Of a DNA stretch of 64,000 nt, positions 51,501-64,000 are shown one piece after another. Positions within the stretch are counted from its first letter, which is position 1. Each line of letters begins with the position of its first letter. Position numbers and translations under genes: made by a program. The notes beneath the pieces are model-generated. The model searched no databases and was not told where the DNA came from. It worked only from the letters and a program-made list of their open reading frames with translations. The stretch is from Camelus dromedarius (taxonomy: Eukaryota): NCBI RefSeq assembly GCF_036321535.1, contig NC_087437.1:110114001-110178000 (forward strand). The letters run 5' to 3'.

Positions 51501-54500
51501 GGATGCCATGGAAGACTCTCATCCCCTACACTTGGACCTCAGGATTCTCCATTCTGAACCTCTCACGTTCTGTGCCTCTCAATTGGGTGTTGATTACCCT
51601 CATCATGGAAGTCTAGTATGGTCTGTCGTTGACCTACCATCGAACCTACAAATTCTCTGAATTTGCCTCATGAAGTGGGAGATGGTGAAATTCACCTGTG
51701 ACCTCAGAGTTCTGCTTTTTTCAGGATGAGGGTGTCAAGCAACTGCCTTGACTTTCATGCTGGAGCTTCTCTGTTGACCTAATAAACTTGTGCAATCTAA
51801 ACAGAAACACTGGTTTTACATCAGTGGTTTGATGTCTAGCATCACTTACAAAAAGTGTTTTGGCAGAGTTTTGTTCCTTGTGGTTGTATAACTGAGGGCC
51901 TCAACATTTACTGTTGGTGGGATGTCTCTGCAGGCTGCCTGCTGGAGGCCACTCTCAGCTCCAGAAGGCTACCTGTAGTTCCTTGCCATGTTGGTTCTCA
52001 AATACGGTTATTTGCTTTCTCCAAGCCAGGAAGGGAGGGAAAGCTACTCCAGCAAGATGGGAGCTACAATCCCATACAATTTTATGCAACCGAATCACGT
52101 ACACACAATCACATGTATTTTATTACTTTTGTCATATTTCATTATTAAAAGTAAATAAAAACTCTTGTCCACACTGAAGACAAGGGCATCACTAGGGCAT
52201 TGATACCAAGAGGCATAAATCATGAAGATACTTTAATAATCTGCCCACCACTTCTATTCATAACATCACAAGTTTCCCTCTTTTGCGGTGCTGGGGAACC
52301 ATTTATAGAACATCAAATTATTCTACCTCTGAAGATTTGTTAGAATGTCTCTGAGAAGTTAAATGGATTTGAAATATTTTGTGTGGAATTTTTTTATTGT
52401 TGTTTCTTCTAAGGGATCACTCTCTACAATTCCTCCAAGTAATGGTGTCAAGTTTGGTAATCTGTATTCCTTTAGAAAATTATCCATTGCATCTAGGTTT
52501 TGTAATTTATATCCTTAAAGATCTGCAAATTGATTCATATCATTTTTAAAACTTCTTGTTTCCATGTTTATGTTTCTTTTTTTATTTCTTATTTTGCTTA
52601 TGCTTCTTTTTCTTTTTTTCCCATGATCAGATTTGTAAGTGATATATAAATGTTAAACTTTTCAAAAAGGAACATTTTGAATCATTTAAAAAATCTATTA
52701 CTATAAACTCTTTTCTAATTTATTAATTTATGCCTGTCTATATATTACTTCCTCCTTTGCAGTTTCTTTGGTTTCCACTTCATTGTTGTTAATGAAGTTT
52801 TGTTTTAACCTGGAACCTTAACTATTTATGTTCTTCCTTTCATTTTCACTGACAGAAGTGTTCAGTGCTGTGAATTTTTCTCTAATTACTGCCTGAAGTT
52901 TTCTTGCAAATTCCAAGTACAATTTATCATTACCATTATTTATGTGAAATTCTATTATCTCATTATTTTCTCCTTCAGCTGGGAATTTTTTAATGAAAGA
53001 TTTACTCTCCAGGTGAACAAGATTTTCTGTCTTTTGTTAGCAATTTTTACCTTTAAATCATAACAATCAGAAAATCTTTTCAACAGTATTTGCAGAAAAC
53101 CCAACAAATAGTTTGTGACCTAATATATGATTAATTTTTTGTGTGTTTTCTATGAAAGCTTGAGAAGAAGGTATGCTCTCTACTGTCTGAATAGAGGTGA
53201 ATTTACATCACTGAAAACTAATTAAACTAAATAATTACATTTTTAGGTCTCTCTTTTTACTTACTATTTTCTTTTTGATGTGATATATTTGATCAGAGTG
53301 ATATAGTAAAATTCTCCCTTGTTACTAGTGTATTTCTATCTAATTCTTCTTGATAGATCTACTTATATGTATTTTTCATAAAAATAGCTTGCTTTTAGTA
53401 TATAAATAAAATACTCAGAAGTGTAATACATGTATCACTAGTTATTGCTTTGCAGAAAAATATTGGCATTAAATTCCTAAACTACTGCTATTTTCTTATA
53501 TTACCCATAATTATGCTGTATGAATATTTAACAGAATTTAACACTGAAGACCTCTGAGCCCAGATTTTTCCTTTTGCAAAGGTAATTTTAATTATAAATT
53601 CACTTTATTTATCAGTTATGGTACTATTCTGATTTATTTGAATTAGTGTTGGTAATTTGTGTGTTTTAAAAAAAACTTTTTATTTCATTTATGTTGTGAA
53701 ATTTATGGGCAAAACATTCTTCATAAGATCCACTTATTTTTGGAGCCAGTAGAATCTATAAGGTGTTGCTTCTTTCATTTTTAAGATTGATAATTTGTAT
53801 TCTCTCTTCAATATTCTTTATTCATTTTTCTAGATTTTATCAATTTGATCTGTTCAAAGTTCCTTCTTTGAGTATTGCTGATTTTTCTATCATTTATTCT
53901 TTTCTATCGAATTGATTCCACTCATGTCTTTATTTTTCTTTCATTCTTCTTATTGTATACTTAAATTTCTCTTCCTTTATAGATTTTTAACAATACTTAG
54001 AGCATTGACTTTTAAAATGTCCTTTCTTTTCTAATATAATTAAAGGCACAAATTTTCCTCTAATCACTTCTGCATTGGTTAAGTCTACATTTGTTATGTT
54101 GCATTTCTTTATTAATCACTTTAAAATATTTTTCAATGTCCCATGTGATTTCTATTTTACTCTATATGTTTTTTAGAGGGAGTTATGTCCAAATTCAGGA
54201 AGTCTCTGTCTTTTTGTATGTAAGACTCTCTTATCCCATCCAAGAGACATCCTGGCAGTGAGGGAGACAGGTGGGAAATCTCACTATGCCACTACTCCAC
54301 CAAAAGACATAGAGGACATGGGCCATTGAAACTATTTCTGTACTTTCAGACAGCAATGGCAGGGAGCAGTGGGAGAACCAGTGGTCAGGAAAAACCAAAT
54401 AGATCAAAATAACACTGCAACAACTCTGGAAACTATGAACCATAGCTCACAAAACCAATGTGTTAAATCTACACATAGTGACTTACTGCTTTCTTAAAAA

Positions 54501-54890
54501 AAAGATTTAAATAGAACCAAGATGCTTTTAATACACAACATTTCTCTCATACCATCATGCCAAGAAATAAGAAAATTAAAACTCAATGAGAAAGATAATC
54601 AACTGCAATTAACACAAAGTTAACCAAATATTCAAATTATTGAAACAAATTTTAGAGTAGCCATCATAAGAATGTTTCAATAATCAAATTCTCTTGAAAA
54701 AACATACTTGTTCTCAAACAGTAACCACTAGAAAGCTAAAGTGGATATAATAGTACCAGATTAAATAGATATTGAAAGAAAAAATTTTAATAGAGAGGGA
54801 AGAATATATTGTAATCACAAGTGTGGCTATTTATCAGGAAGATACAATGACTTTAAATTCATATGTACCTAACAACAGAGCTCCATTGTA

Positions 54891-55033
54891 GTGGGAGGGT
54901 GTAGCTCAAGTGGTAGAGCTGCGTGCTTAGCTTGCAGGGGACTCTGGGTTCCATCCCAGCACCTCCTCCAGAAATAAATAATTAGTGCTCCCCCCAAAAA
55001 TGTTTAAAATAAATAAAATTAAATTAAAAAAAA
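54891..55033 (+). mobile_element. tRNA-Ala-derived SINE (camelid Vic-1-like)
   Basis: GGGAGGGTGTAGCTCAAGTGGTAGAGC (A box), GGTTCCATCCC (B box) and an A-rich tail. 14-bp TSD AGAGCTCCATT(G/A)TA at 54877-54890 and 55034-55047. The site is empty in unit 3 (~45679). Confidence 0.85.
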
Positions 55034-56608
55034 AGAGCTCCATTATACACAAGTCAAAAAATTAACAGGATGAAAAGGGGAAGAGATTGCAATAATAATA
55101 GGCAATGCAATAATAGTAGGCAATAATAATAGTTGGAGGTTTCCATATCCCACTTTGAATAATGGATAGAACAACTACACAGAAAATTGTAATATAAATA
55201 GTTGAAGAACTCTATAAACCAACTAGACCTAACACACATCTAGTGAATACCCAACTACAAGAGAACACAAATTTCTCTCAAGTATGCATGTAGAATATTC
55301 TCCAAGATAGACTGTATGCTAGGTCAAAAAGAACAAATTAATTTTTAAAAATTGAAATCATACATAGTCCCATGTATAGTCTGTCTTAAACTGACGAGAG
55401 AAGACATATCTACATAATTATTCCCCATTGATGGTTTCAGAAAACATGCATTTTGGCCAGCCTCATACTCTGATCCTTATTCAGAAAGTAATTGTGTTTG
55501 GGCTTACTTTGAGTAGAGTCTTGGAGGTACTCTAAACTCTAACATTAGTTACTAAAAATTCACAGATATTATTGATTTATATTTTATCATTGTTGATATT
55601 GTTACTAATACTTAATAATAAATGGAGTAAATTAAGCAAATTAAACAGGTTTATTGAACATTACCCAGACTACCTACCAGAATCAGGGATACAATTTGCA
55701 GCCTATATTCTACATCAGATTTATGTTTGCATGATTGTAGTCTACCAAAGCCATTGCCATGTTATGAAGCATAACAGATCTCTTTCCAAAAGGCAAGAAA
55801 AGATTGACCCTTAAAAATTTCACTGAAAATGGTCTCAATTCTATAACTTCCTGTGACAATGTGAAAATTACAGAAAGCTCCCTGTGCAGCTACAATGCAT
55901 GAGATGGATTCAAGTGCATATTGTCAATGAGGAAAGGAACAGGCAGTAATATAAAATTGAGAAGGAAAAATTACATCCTCCCAAAGCCTTATTCAAATAC
56001 TAAGTATCAGGAAAGGATGAGACATTAAAAAATAGTATTAAGTGGTGAGAAAAAAAAGTACCATCTTGCTAATGCCTTTAGTTCAATTTTGGATGTCTCC
56101 AAGATAAGGCTTTGATGAGATCAAGGTAGACAGTTGTAGACCTTGGATACGTTCACAACAAACACATAATAGAAAAACACTGGTTGAATATAACTTTTCA
56201 TCCGCACATATAAATTATCAACTATAGAGAGTGAAAGACCAACCTTCTCACACACAACTCACAAACACACATACACATACAATCACAAGAAATCTACATA
56301 AATAAATATGCACGAAATTATTATACATGTGAAAAACAGAATAACTTTAATGAAAAATCAATTTTGACATTTTCCCAAAATGTAAATGGTTAAGATTGTA
56401 TTCAGTTAGTAACATAGATCAAATGAATATTTTTCTAAATGGTTGGACACTCAGGCAATTCCATCAAAAAAGGTCTGCTGTTGCATGGTACTCTAAGCTT
56501 CAGTAGTCATTACTGAACAGACAAGAACATCCTTATTACAATTAGTGCAGGAGGTACCCATGGTGCCTCATCAGAGAACATCCTGAACAGATGAGCATCT
56601 AGAACTTC

Positions 56609-56755
56609 TCAGTAGAAGCCAGAAGACCAGTATCTTCCATAGCAGCATGGGCGGTAGCAGGCATAGCCATAGCCACCATAGCCACATCCATAGCCACATC
56701 CCAGGCCACCATAGCCATAGCCCAGGCCACCATAGTAGTTGTTGTAGAAGCTCAT
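56609..56755 (-). CDS. KRTAP22-1: KRTAP22-1-like, copy D, 48 aa
   Basis: [55 protein letters not shown] at 56831-56837 (minus). Confidence 0.9.
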   Translation of the reverse strand: MSFYNNYYGGLGYGYGGLGCGYGCGYGGYGYACYRPCCYGRYWSSGFY

Positions 56756-59700
56756 GATGTGAGGATAAGGAGGCTCATTGAAGGGCAGAGTCACTTTCTA
56801 GAGTCTTAAATTTATAGTCTGCACAGGGCCTTATATACCAATGGAGTGGTATGTAGGGCAAACCTAAGTCACTGTTGGACTCACATTTTAAACTCATTAG
56901 CATGAAGACCATCTCAGGAATTCTTCAAAACCAATATATCCAAGCCAAGACAACTCTGTTTTGTGTCACGATGCCTATCGTGAAATCATGTTCCTTTAAT
57001 GAGAGAGTCTTCTCCTAATTTGGTGGCTTGTTTATTCTAGATTCCAAATTTAAACTATATTCTATCTGCCATGTGACCATATAACCCCAGTAGAGTCTAC
57101 CTGTTGAAAATCTTAGTTTCATTCAATAATATCCTCCTTCTATCTGCATATATGCAGCCTTGGGAATGAACGTGTGGCTTCAAAGTGGAAAAGGACAGTG
57201 GAAAATTTATGGAGAAGACATGACAAGGTTCAATTGTAAATCCTTGAGTGATTAATTTGTTTTGTTACTTTTATGGAGCAACATTATTCACTTCCATTTA
57301 TACTGCATGTATTCATGCATCTATGATTTTATAAATGATCAAAAACCATGATATAGTCCCTTTAGTTTATATCCATGAACCATGATTATAATAGAGGTAG
57401 AAGAATTTATTCTATTAGTAATTTGAGCTTAAAAATATACTTTAGAGACTGTTAAAGATTTACTGACATCGCGAACCTCTGTTATAAAAAAATAAAATAG
57501 GCATGTCTCTTCTAGTATTTTGCCCAAAAGGCATTACCTCAACATTGCTATAAGAAAACAGACATACTCAAATTGAGGAACATACTACAAAACTTTCAGC
57601 TCTTTGAAATTGTTAAAGCCATACAACTTAAGGGCTGAGAAACCCACTAATTTGTGGAGGCAAAAGCCATATTGGATCTTGGATTGGATCCAGGAATAGA
57701 TAAATAGACATCAGAGGAAAAATATGAAACTCAAAAAAGTGCGTAAATTACTTAAGAATATGGTGCAATGTTAATTTCTTAATTTTTCCTTGATTATGAA
57801 AGATATTAATATAATATAAATGCTGAACACCCAGATACATTTGATTTTCAGAGAAAACAATATTTTGTACTGGCATACCCTATGAAATGTTTGGAAAATT
57901 AGATATTCTGAAATTTAACTGGGTGTCTTGTATATTCTAGGATCCTTAATGTGGAAAGTCATTAATGGACAATCACTAGGAGGGTCCATCTCTGATTTAT
58001 GTCTTGCATGCTTTATCATGTAGAAAAAAAGGTGGGGGAAATGTCCGGGGGTATGAAGAGTCATGAACTCGGTTTCATTTTGTAAAATTTTTGATAAAAA
58101 TTAACAATCTAAGATGTCAAGTGATCATTTGGGTAAATATCAGACTTTGTTTTGCACAAAATAGTAATATCTCTTATGGTTACTTTAATCAAATACTTCC
58201 CCTCTCCAACCAAAAACAAAAAAAAAAAAAACAAAAAAAAAATCAAGTCAGTTATAGTCTTTTATAAATCGAGTGAGGCAATTTAGCCACACCAATTTCA
58301 GGTGATATTCTAAGAACTTAGATAACCTTGAGGAAAATGGATCATCATGTTATTTATTGAGTTGTTATTGGAAACTTGTTCTAAGTTATTACTTGATTGA
58401 CTTCATTTTGTGATAGTTGAGGCTACTTTAATTTTCTGTATGGGAAATTTGAAAATGATAGAATAATGTTTTGTAATTCTAATAATGAGATTCTAATGAA
58501 AATGATTTACAGATGCTTTATAATTCTAATACTTCAACTCAGCATTTGGTAAATAACATTCACAATATTATATCTGCTTATTCTATTTTACACAAAAAAT
58601 CCTACAAAATACCCACATGGAAAAAAATTCAAAAACACATGCTGGATGAATAAATGAATGTGTTTGATCAGATCTTTAGTATGAAAACATTCTGCTTTGC
58701 TAAGAAGGATTTTTCTGAGTCATCAGATATACTTCTCAGGACAGATGAATTGGAAAATTTAAAAAATCTGGCTTCATTCTTATGATCTCCAGAGGGGAAC
58801 TGGCTAAAATATAGGGGGTGTCCTACATCTGCTACTCTCTGTCCCTCTTTAAGGTTATGAGAAAATGTAAAAATAATATTTTGACTCAGAAATATCATTG
58901 GAATAACAGAAATCTACTGATAGATTACACATATATTTGTGGATAATGCCACCTCACCACATACATTCTCTTAAAGACACAAAGTATATTTTAACTGTGA
59001 TATGAACTAGTCTCACCTTTATGGTGCCTCCCAATGGGAGGGGTTATAATACTGATTTGAAAAAAGACAGTAATAATGCTAGGACTATGCAAGAGAACTC
59101 AGAGTGACTGGTACAATGTGAATCGTGATTAAACATATTGGTAAAGAACCAGACCTGTGTTTAGTACATTGATAAATGTAGATATGTGATGTTACTCTAT
59201 TGGAAATTCAGAATATAATTCTAATATTAATGAGAAAACTAATTTGTATGAATGTATAGTCAATTTAGAGAAAAAACAAGTGGAAATTGGAGAAATCGGA
59301 TTTTGAAGAATAACTTCTGTAAGCAGTCCTCCAGTAGAAACTGAACATGAGTTTTAGACTCATTGGCGTAAGTAAAAAAACATACATTTTGCTCAGACTT
59401 GTTTTTTCTAGAAATTTTGATTAGTTAGATTATTATCAACATCATGTGTATGAGAGATACATTATGGTTTCACTATAGAAAATAACTGAATCCTTGAAGA
59501 GGATACTCAGTTTGGATCAAAAAGAGAAAAATGCAGAAGTCAAAGGACTGTTAGTCTTATGAAAAAAAAAAATAGTGAAACTGGGGCCCATATCAAATAA
59601 GAGTGAGACTAAAAGATATCATCTCTCTTGATAAAAAGGATGGTTCCCAGAGGTTAAAATGAACGTGTAATTTTGGGCAGGACTGTGTAGGTGTGAGTAG

Positions 59701-59971
59701 GTGTCTCATTGAAACCCTCAGTTGGATAAGAGGAGACCAAACTGAGAAACCAAGACAGCAAGCTCCCTGAATTTCTCTCAAGCTTTATCATATGGCTGAG
59801 GAACAACAAATTACATTAGTCATAAAGTTTGGCAACGTCATGAAGGTGTGGAGGGTCACACCCACACTGAGGACTTATAAAAGGCCCTCTGCAGGGAGAC
59901 ATGTCCACCCTGAAGTGACACTTCTACTCTCCATCTCTACCCAAGGACAACCTCAACCCAACACCAACACC

Positions 59972-60193
59972 ATGTGTGGCTACTACGGAAACTACTACGG
60001 GGGCCGTGGCTATGGCTGCTGTGGCTACAGAGGCCTGGGCTGCGGCTATGGGTCCTGCTATGGCTGTGGCTTCCGCAGACTGGGCTGTGGCTATGGCTGT
60101 GGCTATGGCTCTGGCTCTGGCTCCCGCTCTCTCTGTGGCTGTGGCTATGGGTGCGGCTCTGGCTATGGCTCTGGCTTTGGCTACTACTATTGA
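59972..60193 (+). CDS. KRTAP6: Keratin-associated protein 6 family, copy 6, 73 aa
   Basis: [80 protein letters not shown] at 59876 and AATAAA at 60480. Confidence 0.95.
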   Translation: MCGYYGNYYGGRGYGCCGYRGLGCGYGSCYGCGFRRLGCGYGCGYGSGSGSRSLCGCGYGCGSGYGSGFGYYY

Positions 60194-61429
60194 GGACGCC
60201 ATGGAAGACTCTCATCCTCATCTTCATTTAATTATTCATCAGTTCTGAACCCCACAAGGTCTCTGCCTCACCCTCTGATGATTTTTACTACCAACTTCGT
60301 CTATACTACAAACTTCAGATATGATTTGCCGAAGACCTGATATCCGGATCTAATGCCACTTTGATGCTGGAAGAATATGAAATTCATCTTGTGAACTCAT
60401 GTTTTTCTTTTCATCAAGATGATGTTGGTATGGGTTGCATTTTTGTAATGTTTTGCTAAATTTGCTTTTCTTTTTTCTTAATAAAATTTGAACTTTTTAA
60501 TACATGTGGAAGAAAATCTGATTTTTTTTCTATTCATTTATTATACAGAGTTTGCCTTTAATTGGGCTTTTTGGTGGGGCATTAGGATAATAATTGCTTT
60601 ACTTTGGGAAACAATTTTCCTCAATGTTTATGTGTTTACTGATATTGCTGTACTGATTCCTACATTTATGACTTCAGAAAAGTATGTGAGTTTTGAAAAT
60701 CTCAATTTCTTGTCTGGTAAAGGGAAAAATATTTTATGATAATTTTAGGTTTTTGTATTTTTTTCTCTATAGATTGATACAGTCTTTCAGTTTGTGTTTC
60801 AGGGTCCCTCTAGTATCAACAGAAACCTGACAGGTCGGGCTGAGGTTGACTTTCCCTTATGTTGCCAGAGGTCTCTGAGTTCTGATAATTCCCAGGATTT
60901 TCATTTACAGTGCTTAGATAGGATATATATATAGGATGATTTTTTTTCAGGCATTCATCAAACCCACAGGGTAGTAAGTTCTATACTAATTCTCTCCAGT
61001 GGAATCCAAATGAAGCCCCAGTCTTCATTTACACCTAGTTGCTCACAGGCCATATCAATCATTAAAATCAGGAAAGGAAAATTGTATTTAGAAGTGGAAG
61101 GGAAAGTAATATGGTTCAGGATGTCCAGTTGCCCTATTTAAAAGATGTAGACTCTTCCATAAGTATAGGTTAATGTCAATGTTCCAGCAAATTTTTTGGC
61201 ACTAATTTTATGAGTTCATCATGGAAAGAGGATATTGCAGCCTAAGAACTTCCTATATGAGCAAAGCTGAAAGGATAAAATCTTACCTTCAAGCTTCAGC
61301 TTTCTTCTTTGGCTTTGTCATATATATAATATTCAATCATGAATCTGAGACAGAAATTGTAGTGGTATGAACCTTACTGAACTAATCTACTGCTAAAACA
61401 ACCACCACCACAACAAGTGACAACTCTCA

Positions 61430-63490
61430 AGATTTTTAACAAGATCCAGGAATTGCAACATAATATTCAAAATGTCCAGGATACAATACAAATTCTATGA
61501 AATACAAAGTCCTGGAAATTGTGAGTAATTCTCAAGGGAAAAGACAACTGAGAGATGCTGTGGTGTATAGACTAAAATGGCCTCCAAATTTTATTACCTA
61601 CTTATATTTACATCCTTGTATTATCCTCTCCCATTGAGTCTGACAGAAGCTGTGACATGCTTCTAACCAACAGAGTATAGAAAAATAATAGAAATTACTT
61701 CCATGATTAAGTTACATAGATCATAGTGCCCATTTCTTCACATACTTTCTTTTTTGCAGGCATTGATCTTGCAAATGGCTATGTTGTGGGCTGTCCAATG
61801 AAGGGGCCCATTTGGGAAGGAATTGAAAGTGGCCTTTGGTCAATAGCCAGTGAGAAACTGAGGCCCTCAGTCCAGCAATCTGCAGGTAACTAAATTGCAG
61901 CAACAACCATGTGGGATTAAAAATGAATCCTTCCCCAGGAAATCCTTGAGATGAACCAGAGATGCAGCTGACTCTCCGATTGTAGCTTCTAGAAAAATCT
62001 TTAATAGAAGGCTCAGCTAAGTTGTGCCTGGAATAAAGACCAACAAGATACGTTATCATAACACGTGTGTTTTTAAGCTGTTAAATTTTTGGCAATAAAA
62101 ACAGTTAATGATTACAAATACCAATCCCAAAATTATTGGACAAGGACATTTAAGCAGCTTTACAGTCATGATCCATAAGATAAAGATAAACACTCTTGAA
62201 TTAAATGGAAAAAAAAAGATATCATCAACAGAGAAATGGAAATATAAAAAGTACCAAATGGTAATTTTGTAACAAAAAATTACCACATCTAAATTAAAAA
62301 AAATATATTGGATTGGCTCAATAGCAGAATTGATATGCCAGAGGAGAGTTGGACAACTTGAAGATAAACAACAGAAATTATTGAATCTGAAAAACCAAGG
62401 AAATACAACTTTAAATATAAATAGAGTCTCAGAAATATATGGGACATACCAAAAGTTCTAACATTCATGGCATTGGAACTTCCAAAGGATGGGGAAAATA
62501 GATTGGTGCAGAAATCACATTTGAAGAAATAATGATTGAAAATTTCCCAGAATTGGTAAAACTCATACATTTATAATCAAAAAGTTGTAACTCTCAATCA
62601 ATAAGCTCAAAGAAAGTCATGTCCAAATACATCATACTCAAGCTTCTGTTAACCAAATAAAAAGAAGAAGGAGAAAGAGGAGGAGGAGAAAAGAAAAATT
62701 CATGAAACTAGGTAAACAACATATTACATGTAGGTAACAATGATTCAAATTAGTATGGATTTCTCACCAGATACAATAGAGTTCAGAATACAGTAGCAAA
62801 TGCACCTAAAGTGCTGATAGGAAAGAATCTAACATCCCAACAGTACCTTTCAGGAATAGAAACTTTCTCAGATGAGGAAAACTAAGAGAATCTGTGCCAG
62901 GGAGAACTCTTCTGAAAGAAATGGTAAAGGAAGTTTTTCAGATCAAAGGAAAATAATACTATAGAGATACTTAGTATTTCAGAAATAAAGAAAAAGCAAT
63001 AGAAAATTGTAAACATTTGGGTAAATAAAAGTTATTTTTTCCTTTTAGTTTTTTAAAAATACATATGACTGTAAAAATTTATATTGGGGATTTGAAGGTG
63101 TGTTGATAAAATATGAATATGACAAATGTAACAAGAAGAGGCAATGGTAAAGAAACCTGTAAGTTCATAGGGCTTATGCCTTTTAGTTAAAGTAGTAACG
63201 TATCAGCTTTGAGAACACTGTCAAAGATTAGTTGTGTATATGTATATATTGTAATCCCTAGATTAACCACTAAAATTACAGAAGTATAGCCAAAAAGCCA
63301 CTAGATAATTAAAATCTAATACTAAATATATTTAAATAATACAAAACAAGGCAGAGAAGTGGAAACTAAGAAACAGAAAACAGAAACAAATATCAAATGG
63401 TAGAACTAATTTCAAACATGTCAATATTTAAATAATGTGTAAATATGTAAATACATAATTAGAAGGCTAAGATTGTTAAATATAGTCACT
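61430..63490 (+). mobile_element. Old L1 ORF1/inter-ORF region, interrupted by the LTR at 61559-62116
   Basis: ORF1-like remnants: atatgggacatacc, gaagaaataatgattgaaaatttccc, gatttctcaccagatacaatagag, tttctcagatgaggaaaactaagagaat. Confidence 0.65.
61559..62116 (+). mobile_element. MLT1-type MaLR solo LTR nested in an L1
   Basis: TG...CA termini. Motifs tgtgacatgcttctaaccaacagag, agccagtgagaaactgaggccctcagtcc, caacaaccatgtg and gttttaagctgttaaattt. Confidence 0.7.
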
Positions 63491-63701
63491 ATGAGGAATT
63501 CTTGAGAATTTTTTAAATGTCAGTTAGTTTGGAAATGAGTCAATCCTGCCTATGGTCTTCCCACATAGAAAATAGATCCTCAAAATTTGTTCCTATAACT
63601 GAGTATTTGTACCCTTTGACCTGCATCACCTGGTAGACAGATGATAGTCAAATTCAAGAAACTGATTCTGCTCCTCAACTGAACCCTCCACTCTTGACAT
63701 C

Positions 63702-63832
63702 ATGGCTACCAAGACAACTACTAGGATGACCTGGACTATGGCTATGACCATGGCTGTGGCTATGGTAACTCTGGACGTGCCTGCTACTACCCATGTTACT
63801 CCAGAAGATACTGGGGTTCTGGCTGGTATTAA
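63702..63832 (+). pseudogene. KRTAP22-2-like / KAP20-22-type pseudogene
   Basis: The ATG is followed by a 1-nt frameshift. The KAP frame reads YQDNY*DDLDYGYDHGCGYGNSGRACYYPCYSRRYWGSGWY* with an internal TAG at 63722-63724. The 5' UTR (aagaaactgattctgctcctcaactgaaccctcc) and post-stop sequence (ttctagaatgctgatc) resemble those of the KRTAP22 copies. Confidence 0.8.
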
Positions 63833-64000
63833 GATATTCTAGAATGCTGATCCCTTATATATTTCTTGCTATTGTATAAGAATTATTTATTATCTAAGAT
63901 TTATCTTCTATTCTTACATTAACATCTAAATCCTAGGCTACCCATGATAAAAGTGTTTCCAATTCATTAACTATCTGGAATATCCATGATTTTGTGAGGA

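Larger units (their letters stand above)
51501..60193 (+). repeat. Segmental duplication unit 4
   Basis: Closest to unit 3. Carries a private SINE and a private ~700-bp deletion. Confidence 0.9.

Noticed and set aside
54891..54970. Possible tRNA-Ala gene
   Set aside because: Degenerate stems, an A-rich tail and a TSD show it is a SINE.
59792..59971. In-frame N-terminal extensions of KRTAP6 in the ORF track (also 41956 and 51201) and TTG/GTG extensions of KRTAP22 (20190, 56794)
   Set aside because: The KRTAP6 upstream ATGs lie 5' of the TATA box and the frame is not conserved in copies 2 and 3. The KRTAP22 extensions use non-ATG starts in the 5' UTR.
14400..60490. Simple two-block higher-order duplication (6-22-6-22-6) x2
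   Set aside because: Gene order suggests it, but shared deletions group units 3+4 and 2+3+4, and the outer flanks of the two blocks do not look homologous.

Overview
Mammalian, AT-rich genomic DNA from the high glycine-tyrosine keratin-associated protein (KRTAP) cluster. It is probably from a camelid, based on a tRNA-Ala-derived Vic-1-like SINE and a camelid-looking L1 3' end, both recognised from memory. The window holds six intact single-exon KRTAP6-family genes (+ strand, 51-73 aa) and four intact KRTAP22-1/KRTAP20-like genes (- strand, 48-55 aa). It also holds one KRTAP22-2-like pseudogene near 63.7 kb. The ORF track misses several of these genes or calls them in shadow frames or with false N-terminal extensions. 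The genes sit in four copies of a ~8.7-10 kb cassette: [KRTAP6 3' flank - KRTAP22(-) - divergent spacer - KRTAP6(+)]. The duplication junctions fall inside the KRTAP6 genes, so three promoter types and three 3' end types have been shuffled among near-identical coding regions. Gene-conversion tracts, copy-specific retroelement insertions with target-site duplications (TSDs) and shared deletions let the history be read from the sequence. The regions 1-14 kb and 35-42 kb are mostly old interspersed repeats. Repeat family names and boundaries are by eye and approximate.
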